This document shows, in pieces, positions 49,864 through 59,543 of a stretch of DNA of 64,000 nt (the first letter of the stretch is position 1; the number at the start of each line of letters is the position of its first letter). The DNA is from Vicinamibacterales bacterium (GTDB lineage: Bacteria > Acidobacteriota > Vicinamibacteria > Vicinamibacterales > UBA8438). Below the pieces are notes generated by a model. That model made no database searches, had not been told where the DNA came from, and saw only the letters and a list, made by a program, of their open reading frames with translations. The stretch covers positions 2,299,699-2,363,698 of the forward strand of contig OZ252227.1 in NCBI GenBank assembly GCA_965249175.1. The letters are read 5' to 3'. The translations under genes were made by a program, and so were the position numbers.

Positions 49864-51298
49864 GAGATATAACCAGAAGTTGTGGATCGGCAGTCTGAAG
49901 AAGGCGGCGTATCCTTTCGCGTGAGCAACGCGAAAACTCCGGCTGGCAGGCCGGTGAAAGGAGCCGCCACCCATGCTGAAGGTACTCGACAACGATGGAG
50001 CAGACAACGAAGTTCCGCCGGAAGAGCGCGGTGCGCAGACGGTGGACGAGCTGGCCCGGGAGGGAGCCCGGCGGATGTTGATGACGGCCCTGGCGGTGGA
50101 GGTCGGGCAGTACATCGAGGCCCACGGCGAGGAGCGGGACGCGCGGGGACGCCGGCTGGTCGTTCGGAATGGTCGGGCCCAGGCGCGGAAGGTGACGTGC
50201 GGGGCAGGTACGCTCGAGGTGCATGCTCCTCGGGTGAACGACAAAAGGGTCAACGGCGCGGGCCAGCGGGAGCGGTTCACGAGTCGGATCTTGCCCCCCT
50301 ACATGCGTCGCTCGCCCAAGGTGGCGGAGGTGCTGCCGATCCTCTATCTGCGCGGTCTGTCGACGGGCGATTTCCGCGAAGCGCTGCCGGTGCTATTGGG
50401 GGATGACGCGGCCGGCCTCAGCGCGACCAACATCGCGCGCCTCACGGCGGTGTGGGAAGAGGACTACCGGCGGTTCCGCCAGCGGGACCTGGCCGATCGT
50501 GACTACGTGTACGTGTGGGTCGACGGCATCCATTTCAACATCCGGCTCGAGGACGATCGGCTCTGTACGCTGGTGATCATCGGCGTACGGCCCGATGGGA
50601 CCAAGAAGCTCGTGGCCCTGGAGGACGGCTACCGCGAGAGCACCGACAGCTGGGCGACGGTGCTGCGGGACCTCCAGCGGCGCGGCATGCGGGCCCCGGT
50701 GGGGGCGGTCGGCGACGGCGCCCTGGGTTTCTGGGCGGCCGTGCGCGACGTGTGGCCGGACACGCGAGAGCTCCGCGACTGGTGTCACAAGATGGGCAAC
50801 GTGCTCGACAAATTGCCAAAGCGATTACAGCCGAAAGCGAAGCGCGCGCTCCGCGAGATCATGTACGCCGAGACGCGGGCACACGCCGAGGAGGCCATGG
50901 ACGTCTTCATCGCCGAGTACGAGGCCAAGTACCCGAAGGCGGCGGCGTGCCTGGACGCAGACCGCGACCGCCTCCTCACGCACTTTGCCCTGCCAGCTGA
51001 GCATTGGCAGCACGTGCGCACGAGCAACGTCATCGAGTCGCCATTCGCCACGGTCCGACTCCGGCAGCGCGTGACCAAAGGCGCGGGCTCGCGCACCAAG
51101 GGCCTGTTGATGGCCTACAAGCTGCTCGAGATGGCACAGCAGCGCTGGCGTCGGCTCAATGGCGCGCATCTGCTGCCACTCGTCCGCGCCGGCGTGACGT
51201 TCATTGACGGGGTACAGCAGGAGCGAAACAACGAGGGAGATCGGAAGGTGGCCGCCTGATCACGCTGATGACCGATCCACAACATTTGACAATATCTC
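49864..51298 (+). mobile_element. IS256 type A copy 6
   Basis: 9-bp duplication CATCGACCG with extra CA on the right. Confidence 0.95.
49973..51259 (+). CDS. IS256 transposase, intact
   Basis: Same 428-aa protein. Confidence 0.96.
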   Translation: MLKVLDNDGADNEVPPEERGAQTVDELAREGARRMLMTALAVEVGQYIEAHGEERDARGRRLVVRNGRAQARKVTCGAGTLEVHAPRVNDKRVNGAGQRERFTSRILPPYMRRSPKVAEVLPILYLRGLSTGDFREALPVLLGDDAAGLSATNIARLTAVWEEDYRRFRQRDLADRDYVYVWVDGIHFNIRLEDDRLCTLVIIGVRPDGTKKLVALEDGYRESTDSWATVLRDLQRRGMRAPVGAVGDGALGFWAAVRDVWPDTRELRDWCHKMGNVLDKLPKRLQPKAKRALREIMYAETRAHAEEAMDVFIAEYEAKYPKAAACLDADRDRLLTHFALPAEHWQHVRTSNVIESPFATVRLRQRVTKGAGSRTKGLLMAYKLLEMAQQRWRRLNGAHLLPLVRAGVTFIDGVQQERNNEGDRKVAA

Positions 51299-51925
51299 CA
51301 CATCGACCGCTGTCTACGTGCGTCAACGGTCGCTGGAGACCTGAAGGGCGAAGCGGCGGTTGAAGAACACCCAAAGAAATCAGGGGAAAGACAACGATTC
51401 CAACGAGTTGTAAGCCTTGGGTTTATCACCCTATCTCACCCAATATCACTCTCTGAACACATGGTACGGGCACAAAACGGGCACAGTAAACCCTGTTCAG
51501 GCGGCCGTAGCGGAGGTAGGGGAAAGCACTGAGAGCGGACCCGACTCGGGAGTCAGGCCGTCACAAGCTGGGGAAGTATCGAAATTATGCTGGTCTCTGG
51601 CGCAGGCTCATCGAGGGCACCAATGACGCGAGCGTAGAAGCGTCGGTACCCCTCAGGGTCGCGAGGGATTTCCGAGGCCAGAGCGACGGTCATGGCGCGG
51701 CGCACTTGAGCCTCGTCCACCTCGGCTGTCACGTTCCGGAAATGCTGCAGGGTCATTGTCGCGTCTCTGTGGGTTTGACGGCCGACACACCCGTTTGGTT
51801 GCGTCTCCGACGCATATTTCTGAGCGCCGTCCGATTCCCACGGTCATCACGGTGTGGTCTTGCACGCGGTAGCCTGGGGGTCCATCATGGGCGTATCCAG
51901 ACGTGAGCTGAGCGAGGAGGACAAG

Positions 51926-52912
51926 ATGAGCCATCGATGTCTCGCTGCGGTGTTTACGGTGATCGCGGTCGTGGTGCTGTCAGCCATTCCTGCTGCTGCC
52001 CAGACCGCTCCCCGGACGCCATGGGGGCAGCCAGACCTGCAAGGCATCTGGGACTTCCGCACGATCACGCCGATGGAACGACCGGAGGACCTCGCGGACA
52101 AGGAGTTTCTGACGGCGGAGGAAGCGGCCAACCTCGAGCAGGAGGCAGTCGATCGCGATATCCGCCTGTGGGAGCGGGCCGCTCGAAGAACGGAGGCCGG
52201 CGAGAACGTCGGCGGCTACAACAATTTCTGGATGGACAGGGGAACGCAAACCATCGGGACCAGACGCACGTCGCTGATCGTGGATCCGCCGAACGGCAGG
52301 ATGCCGGATCGGTCGTCGCTCGGGGAGCGGAGAGCGGACGCGCGGCGAGTGTATCGGGAGGAGCATCCCGCCGACTCGTATTTGGACAGGAGCACCTCCG
52401 ATCGATGCATGGTGGGGTTCAACGCCGGCCCACCGATCACGCCCCTCGCCTACAACCAGAATATGCAGCTCTTTCAGACCCCGGACCAAGTCGTGATCGT
52501 CACCGAGATGGTGCACACGGCTCGCGTCGTGCCGCTCGATGGCCGTCCCACGCTGGACAACGGCATCCGTCAGTGGTCGGGCGATTCGCGGGGGCACTGG
52601 GAGGACGACACGCTCGTGATCGAGACCGCGAACTTCAACACGGGGCGCCGCTGGAGAGGGTCGACCGAGAACATGACGCTCGTCGAACGCTTCGTCCGCG
52701 TTGACGCGGACACGCTCGAATACACCTTCACGGTGACCGATCCGGACACCTGGACGACGTCGTGGACGGCGTCGATTCCGATGCGGCGGACCGACGTGCC
52801 GATGTTCGAGTACGCCTGCCACGAAGGCAACTACTCCATGGAGGGTATCCTCGCCGGCGCGCGGGCAGACGAGAAGGCCGCTGCACTAGCCGAGACAGAA
52901 GACTCGCGGTAG
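51926..52912 (+). CDS. Conserved secreted hypothetical protein
   Basis: GAGGAGG RBS, signal peptide, PRTPWGQPDLQGIW, GDSRGHWEDDTLV, EYACHEGNY. Confidence 0.85.
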   Translation: MSHRCLAAVFTVIAVVVLSAIPAAAQTAPRTPWGQPDLQGIWDFRTITPMERPEDLADKEFLTAEEAANLEQEAVDRDIRLWERAARRTEAGENVGGYNNFWMDRGTQTIGTRRTSLIVDPPNGRMPDRSSLGERRADARRVYREEHPADSYLDRSTSDRCMVGFNAGPPITPLAYNQNMQLFQTPDQVVIVTEMVHTARVVPLDGRPTLDNGIRQWSGDSRGHWEDDTLVIETANFNTGRRWRGSTENMTLVERFVRVDADTLEYTFTVTDPDTWTTSWTASIPMRRTDVPMFEYACHEGNYSMEGILAGARADEKAAALAETEDSR

Positions 52913-53139
52913 GTTCAAACGCGCGCAACACTGCCCTCAACGTGGGGCACACCCGGAGGACATCAGGCCGACCTCGGTAAAACGGGGTCGGCTTTCTTTC
53001 TTCTCGGCCGTCTATGTCCGTTCGTGGTGCCGTTTCCCGGAAGATCTTGCACAAAAGTTGCACACGGAAACGCGCCAGCCAATCGGGCTGGCAAGGAGAC
53101 TGTCGACCTGGTCGAGGTCGCCGTTCTTCCGAGGCCAAG

Positions 53140-54486
53140 GGTTGACGCGTCAAGTTGTGCAAAAGGCGTTCATGGCTGAGGTCGGTTAGGCGGCGGTCCT
53201 GATGAGCTCCTTCTTCTGCTCCTTGAAGTACTCCATGTTGAGATAGCGGTTCTCCTCCAGCCAGCCCTCGTGGGTCTCGGCGCAGAGCGCGCGAACCAAC
53301 CGGAGGCAGCTTGCGGGATTCGGAAAGATGCGGACGACGCGCGTGCGGCGCTTGATCTCCTCGTTCAGCCGTTCGAGCATGTTCGTCGACTTCAGGTGCT
53401 TGTGGTGCTGGCGGGGCAGGCTGTAGAAGTTCAGCGTCTCCCCGATCTGCGCCTCGACCCAGTCGGTGAGTTTGGGGTAGCGGCGCTCCCACCGCTTGAG
53501 CCACGCCTGGAGATCCTGCTGGGCTTCTTTGAGATTGCGCCGGTCATAGAGCCAGCGGAGCTCCTGGCGGCAGTCGTCGTCGGCCTTCCGCGGCAGATAG
53601 TCGAGCGCGTTGCGGAGGAAGTGCACGTAGCAGCGCTGCCACACCGCCTCGGGCAGCAACTCCCGGACGGCGCGCTTCAATCCGGCGTGGTCGTCCAAGA
53701 CGACGAACTCCACGCCGTGCAACCCGCGCGTCTTGAGCCCGGTGATGAACGTCTTCCCAGCTCGAGCGCGACTCCCGGTTCGAGAGCTCCACGCCGAGCA
53801 GCTCGCGTCGCCCTTCCCCGTTGATCCCGATGGCCACGAACACGGCCTGGGCCTGAATCACCCCGTCCAGCCGGACCTTCTCGTAGCGCGCATCGAGGAT
53901 GAGGTAGGGGTACGCCTCCTCCAGCCGGCGGTGGGCAAAGCGCTGCAGCAGGGCATCCAAGCTGCGGTTGATCCGGCTGACGGTGCTGGCCGAGAACGTG
54001 TGGCCGCACAGCTCCTCCGTGATGGCCTTCACCTTGCGGGTCGACACGCCCTGGACGTACATCTCCGCGAGCGCACTGACCAAGGCTTTCTCCGAGCGTT
54101 GGTACCGGTCGAAGAGCTCGGTCGAGAACCGGCCCTCGCGGTCGCGCGGGACCCGCAGTTCCAGCTTCCCGATCCGCGTCACCAACCCCCGACTGTAGTA
54201 CCCCGACCGATAGCCGACGCGCCCGGCCGTCCGTTCGCCGGACTCCGCCCCGAGGGCCTCGGTCATGTCGGCCTCCAGCACCTCCTGGAGCGACTCCTTC
54301 ACCAGTCGCTTCAGCAGCTCGCGGTCGCTGCTGACGAGGGCTTCGATTCGGGAGGTCTTCGCGCTACGCTTGGCTCGAGTGGTCATGGTCTGACTCCTTG
54401 TGGGTGAGGTCGATCTCGTCAATCAACCTCTTGCCCTGACCGCTCGTTTTTCTCAAGCGCTTTTGCACACAGGTCGCAACACTACC
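53140..54486 (-). mobile_element. IS256 type C-related copy 2; transposase 53186-54386 frameshifted near 53757; no duplication
   Basis: High similarity to 43962-45161 and its ends. Confidence 0.9.
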
Positions 54487-54597
54487 CTGGGCGGACGAGC
54501 CGTCGGCTGGATCGAAGCCGAAGTGAACGCCTGGCTCACCGCCCGAATCGAGAAGCGCCGGGAGCAGGCGCCAGGGGGACGGCCCTCACAGCCATGA
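54487..54597 (+). pseudogene. AlpA-family regulator/excisionase, C-terminal half
   Basis: LGGRAVGWIEAEVNAWL..RI. Confidence 0.8.
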
Positions 54598-55541
54598 CCC
54601 CTCGCTCAGCGCGCGACGCCGGCCACTCCCCCGACCGACCCAGAGACCGGCGCCTGACCGACGGGGGCACGCACGTCGACGACGATCTCGACGTACCCGA
54701 GCAGCAGGACGGTCCGTCTCGGGACCGCGTGGTGTATCGCGCCACGACGGCGCTGCGCCCGCACCCGCGCTATCAGGAGCTGCGTGGACCGATGGCGGCC
54801 ACCTGTGTCCAGCGGGCTGCGCGGCAGGCGGGACCTATCCAGGAGCCGTTGCTGACGACCATCGACGGCACGATTCTGGACGGACACGCGCGGTGGCAGG
54901 CGGCGATCGAGCGCCAGCAGCCGACGCTTCCCTGTTTCGAGTACGACGTGACCGACGACGAGGCGCTCCAGGTGGTCATCCAACGGCACCGGCGCTCCGA
55001 GGGTCTGAACGATTACGGCCGGGTCGTGTTGGCCCTGGGCCTTGAGTCGTACTTCAGGGAACGGCGTCGACCGACACCGTCGACCGGCCACCGGAGGCCC
55101 TCGTCAAAGTTGACGAACCACGACCACCGCGACGTGCGGAAGCACATCGCCGAGGAGGCGGGCGTCTCGACCGGCAACGTGACCAAGGTCAAGCAGATCC
55201 TGGACACCGTGACTCCGGAGGTGCGGGAGCGACTCGTCCGGGGGGAGGTCAGCATCCATCGGGCCTGGCAGTGGCGCACGCTGAGCCCCCAGGGGCAGCG
55301 TGATGCGCTCTGGACGCATTTGCACCAGGGGGGCATTAAGAAGACGGTCGGCCGGTTGGTCAGGGCGCACGCTGACACCGGTGCTCCGGCTCAACCCGCC
55401 AACGTGGCAGTCACCGTGCTCGGTGGACTCCCGATGTACGATCCGGCTGACATCACCGTGGCGGTCGTGGACGTTCCAGGGCGAGCCGTGGTGGTGACGC
55501 AGATGTGCTACGACGAGCTGCAGGAGAAGCACACCCGATGA
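54594..55541 (+). CDS. ParB/Srx-like N-terminal domain + HTH protein
   Basis: LRPHP..IQEPLL..ILDGHARWQAA; IAEEAGVSTGNVTKV; GEVSIHRA. Confidence 0.75.
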   Translation: MTPRSARDAGHSPDRPRDRRLTDGGTHVDDDLDVPEQQDGPSRDRVVYRATTALRPHPRYQELRGPMAATCVQRAARQAGPIQEPLLTTIDGTILDGHARWQAAIERQQPTLPCFEYDVTDDEALQVVIQRHRRSEGLNDYGRVVLALGLESYFRERRRPTPSTGHRRPSSKLTNHDHRDVRKHIAEEAGVSTGNVTKVKQILDTVTPEVRERLVRGEVSIHRAWQWRTLSPQGQRDALWTHLHQGGIKKTVGRLVRAHADTGAPAQPANVAVTVLGGLPMYDPADITVAVVDVPGRAVVVTQMCYDELQEKHTR

Positions 55542-56653
55542 CCCCGGCTCGCGCTCGACCGCTCAGAGACGTCCTGGCGCTGCATCGGGACGAGTGGGAC
55601 CGTGATGGCACTCGTCCCGCGGTGCGGGAGGCGTTTGCCAAGGTCGTCGACTGCGGCACCGTGGCCCTCGGCGCGGAGGTCTTTGCGTCTGACACCGAAG
55701 AGCGGGTTGTGTATCACACCTGTAAATCACGGGCCTGTCCCAGTTGCGGGTATCAGGCCACCCGAGCGTGGCAGCGCGACCAGTGGCGAGAGTTACCCGA
55801 TGTCCCCTACGCCCACGTCTGTCTCACCATGCCAGATGTGCTCTGGCCGTTGTTCCAGCGACACCGGCATCTCCTCCACGACCTGCCCGTCCTGGGCGCG
55901 CAGGTGCTACAGCAGTGGGCGCGCCAGAAATACGGCGTCTGGCTGATGATCGTGGTCATCCCGCACACCTTCGGCCGGCACCTGAATTTCAACTGCCATC
56001 TGCACATCCTGGTGTCCGAAGGCGGCCTCCGCGAGGACGGCACACGATGGTGCGCCCGAGCCCGACTGGACCGGAAGGCGCTAATGCCGATGTGGCGCTA
56101 CGCCGTCATCACGTTGCTGCGGGAAGCGGCACGGGCCGGCGTGCTGGAGACCGACCTGAATCGTGGCGCGTTGCTGCGATTGCTCACCGACCAGTACGAA
56201 CGGTGGTGGAACATCGACGTGAAGCGGTTTCGGAGCAAGAAGCAGTTCTTGGGGTACGTCGGCCGCTATGCCAGACGGCCGCCCATTGCGCAGCACCGGT
56301 TCCGGACGATCAGCCGTCAAGAAATCAGGTTCGTGACGAAGGACACGCGCACGAAGCGCACCGTCGAGACCACCTACACGCCGGCGGAGTTCCTGGCCAC
56401 GCTCGCCGACCACGTCCCCGAGCGCTACCGGCACAACGTTCGCTACTTCGGGCTGCTCGCGCCACGTGTGAAGTGCCGGACGCACGATGCCGTGTTCGCG
56501 CTGCTGGGGCAGGAACGGCTGGGAAAACCCAGGCGGCTGCGATGGGCGACGTCGATGCAGAAATGCTTTGGCGTCGACCCGCTGGTGGACCGGGACGGCC
56601 GGCGGATGCGCTGGACTCGCCGCGTGTCACCCGCCAACCAGCCCTCGCCGTGA
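55538..56653 (+). CDS. IS91-like Y2 HUH transposase/rolling-circle nuclease with Zn-binding domain
   Basis: HTCKSRACPSCG, HVCLTMP, HTFGRHLNFNCHLH, YVGRYARR, VRYFGLLA. Confidence 0.88.
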   Translation: MTPARARPLRDVLALHRDEWDRDGTRPAVREAFAKVVDCGTVALGAEVFASDTEERVVYHTCKSRACPSCGYQATRAWQRDQWRELPDVPYAHVCLTMPDVLWPLFQRHRHLLHDLPVLGAQVLQQWARQKYGVWLMIVVIPHTFGRHLNFNCHLHILVSEGGLREDGTRWCARARLDRKALMPMWRYAVITLLREAARAGVLETDLNRGALLRLLTDQYERWWNIDVKRFRSKKQFLGYVGRYARRPPIAQHRFRTISRQEIRFVTKDTRTKRTVETTYTPAEFLATLADHVPERYRHNVRYFGLLAPRVKCRTHDAVFALLGQERLGKPRRLRWATSMQKCFGVDPLVDRDGRRMRWTRRVSPANQPSP

Positions 56654-56779
56654 ACTGACCCGCCGTCTTCGTCCTCCTCAAGCTGATTCGCTGCCCCAGG
56701 CGCGAGAATGCCTCCAACGGTCTCCGCAATCCGTCAGCTTCCAGAGATTTGACCGCCCCCGCCCGGACACGGAGACTCG

Positions 56780-57270
56780 TCCCGCAACAACTTGCCGCCG
56801 GCATCGACCCTGGCCAGGCTCGCAAGGCCCAGAAACTCGCGCTCGCGGGCGCACAGAGCTTCGAGGCCACCGCGAGGGAGTGGCACATGAAGTTCTCGGC
56901 AGCGTGGGTCCCTAGCCACAGCGCTCGCATCTTGCGGCGTCTTGAGAACGACCTGTTCCCGTGGCTCGGCAAGCGACCCGTGGCCGACATCACGGCGCCC
57001 GAGTTGCTCTCGGCGTTGCGCCGGGTCGAAAGCCGGGGCGCGGTGGAAACCGCCCACCGAGCCAAGCAGAATTGCGGACAGGTCTTCCGGTACGCGGTCG
57101 CCACGGGCCGCGCGGAGCCTGATCCGACCGGCGATATTCGTGGCGCCCTACCTCCGTCCAAGGCACGGCACCACGCCTCCCTCATAGAACCGAAGCGCAT
57201 CGGTGAGCTGCTTCGCGCGATCAACACCTACGAAGGGCACTTCGTGACGAAGTGCGCCCTGCGGGTCGCC
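56780..57270 (+). pseudogene. P4-like tyrosine integrase, internal fragment
   Basis: GIDP..FEATAREWH..LENDLFPWLG..ITAPELL..QVFRYAVATG; catalytic domain absent. Confidence 0.85.
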
Positions 57271-57455
57271 CCTGCCGGACGACGCGGAGTGTGGCGACGC
57301 CGATCGTCAGTGGCCACCCTTGGGAACAACCGTGTGCTATTGCCCTAAGTACTGACTTGATGGACGTTGCGAAGACGTCACTCGGCGGCCCCTAGTTTTT
57401 CTGTTTACCCTCTATGTGTTTAGTGCATGTCGAAAGCCGTGCCGAACGCAATGAT

Positions 57456-59132
57456 ATGCTGAGCGACGTGCGGTTTACGGCCACCGGCGTCGTGGGCGCG
57501 ACGTTGATCGTGACGGCCGTCGCCTCTGCGCAGCCGCTGCTCGAGCCGACCGCGGGCGAAGCGACGTTCAACGTCTTTCTTCGCTCGACGCCCGTCGGTT
57601 TCGAACGCACCGTCGTGAGCTGGACCTCCGACGGCTGGACCATTCGTGCGAACGGTCAGATCTCGGCACCGATCGATCTCCAGACCCGGCTCTTCGAGGC
57701 GGTATACGACACGTCGTGGCGTCCTCGGCAGCTGACGATCGAAGGCACGCGGTCGGAGACGACGTTTGCGCTCCGCACGACCTTCGCCGACGGCACCGCG
57801 GCCAACGAGGTCGAGCAGGGCGCTCGCCACACGAGCAACCAGGATTCGGTCGACCCCGAAGCGGTGGCTCTCCCCTCCCTCTTTTTTGCCGGCTATGAAG
57901 CGCTCGCCGTCCGTCTGAGCGTGACCGAGGCTGGCGACGAGCTGCCGGTCTACATCGCGCCGACCGGCCAGATCAGCGTGCGCGTCGACGACGTGCTCGT
58001 GCGAGATATCCAGACGGCCGAGGGAACGCTGGAGGCCCGGATCCACCGCATCACGTTCATGGAGCCGCAGCAGCCGCTTGCGGCCGAGGTCTGGACCGAT
58101 GAGGGGCGACGGCTGCTGCGGGTCAGTTTCCCGTCCGTAGGTCTCGATGTCGCCCGGGACGACGTCGTGACGGTCTCGACTCGATTGACGAGCCTGAGAT
58201 TGCCCGGCGACGAGGACGTGCGCGTCCCATCCAGCGGGTTCAGCCTCGCCGCGACGGTGACCACGCCCAGCGGTCGCGATCCACCCGCCGGCGGTCGTCG
58301 GCCGGCCGTCGTGCTGGTACCCGGTTCAGCGCCCGTCGATCGGGATGCCACGATATTCGGCGTTCCCATCTTCGGTCACCTGGCGCGCGGTCTTTCGGAT
58401 GCCGGGTTTATCGTCGTTCGATACGACAAGCGCGGCATCGGGCAGAGCGGCGGCCGACCTGAATCCGCCACACTGGCCGACTACGCCGAGGACCTGCGCG
58501 AGGTGGTCCGATATCTCGACGACCGCGATGACGTGCACCGCGATCAGATCGCCGTCGTGGGTCACAGCGAGGGCGGCTGGGTCGGCCTCCTGGCGGCGGC
58601 ACGCGAGGACAAGATTGCGGCCGTCGCGCTGCTCGCGACGCCAGGAATCGGCGGCGCCGACCTCGTCCTCGAGCAGCAGCAGAGCGAACTGACGCGTCTC
58701 GCGGTTTCGGAAACCGAGCGACAACAGAAGAGCGACCTGCAGCGCCGCATCCATGCGGCCGTAACCGGCGACGGATCGTGGGACGACGTTCCCGATGCGT
58801 TGCGGCGCCAAGCCAATACCCCGTCGTTCAAATCGTTTCTGGAATTCGAGCCAGATGCGGCGATCCGGCGGGTGCGGCAGCCGATGCTCGTGGTCCAGGG
58901 CGAGCTCGACCAGCGGGTCCCCGCCTACCACGCCGACCGCCTCGTTCGAACGGCGACCGCCCGGTCGCGACCCGAGTCAACGGTGGCCGTGGTCCGGCTT
59001 GCGGGGCTCGATCATCGGCTGACGTCGGCGACCTCCGCCGTCGTCGAACCGATCGTCGGCGCGGCCGACCCTCAGGTGGCCCCGCGCGTCATCGAGTCGC
59101 TCGCCGACTGGCTGAGGCAAGTGTTCCGCTGA
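57456..59132 (+). CDS. Secreted alpha/beta hydrolase with N-terminal beta domain
   Basis: GSAPVDRD, RYDKRGIG, GHSEG, QGELD, GLDH. Confidence 0.88.
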   Translation: MLSDVRFTATGVVGATLIVTAVASAQPLLEPTAGEATFNVFLRSTPVGFERTVVSWTSDGWTIRANGQISAPIDLQTRLFEAVYDTSWRPRQLTIEGTRSETTFALRTTFADGTAANEVEQGARHTSNQDSVDPEAVALPSLFFAGYEALAVRLSVTEAGDELPVYIAPTGQISVRVDDVLVRDIQTAEGTLEARIHRITFMEPQQPLAAEVWTDEGRRLLRVSFPSVGLDVARDDVVTVSTRLTSLRLPGDEDVRVPSSGFSLAATVTTPSGRDPPAGGRRPAVVLVPGSAPVDRDATIFGVPIFGHLARGLSDAGFIVVRYDKRGIGQSGGRPESATLADYAEDLREVVRYLDDRDDVHRDQIAVVGHSEGGWVGLLAAAREDKIAAVALLATPGIGGADLVLEQQQSELTRLAVSETERQQKSDLQRRIHAAVTGDGSWDDVPDALRRQANTPSFKSFLEFEPDAAIRRVRQPMLVVQGELDQRVPAYHADRLVRTATARSRPESTVAVVRLAGLDHRLTSATSAVVEPIVGAADPQVAPRVIESLADWLRQVFR

Positions 59133-59277
59133 CGCGGGCAGCCTAGGCTTCCTTCGAGACTTCGAAAACGACGCGTCCGAGCCGGACGCGATCACCCTCG
59201 GCGAGCTCTGCCCGGTTCACTCGGCGTTCGTTGATGAACGTCCCGTTCGTGCTTTCGAGGTCTTCAACGACGAGGGT

Positions 59278-59353
59278 GGGGCGGACCAGCACCGACCGCA
59301 GGCGGTGCAACATCGCCCACGCGGTCTGGTAGGAGCCGATCTCCAGCGTCCGC
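59278..59353 (-). repeat. ~75-bp IS1595 transposase scrap
   Basis: Nearly identical to 32115-32190. Confidence 0.7.
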
Positions 59354-59543
59354 TGGTGCCGACGCTGTCAGCCCAGCGGAAGGCCGTACCGCTCGGACCG
59401 TCACGCGCGAGGTCCGGAGCGGGCCGCCGGAGTCCCTAGCCCGGGGCGCGTGTTCACAGCGATTCTTCAGGAACCTGGGAGACCTCCTCGTGTCCTCGGT
59501 GCGAGCCGGGGTACCACGTGGCAAGGGAGACTGATCTTGCCTG

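Larger units (their letters stand above)
49253..51343 (+). pseudogene. Beta-class N6/N4 DNA methyltransferase (DpnA-like), IS-interrupted and truncated
   Basis: DPPYLLSNDG..VNKGGWD, HPTQKPVALIDR, resumes after the IS as CLRASTVAGDL; FxGxG motif missing. Confidence 0.85.
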
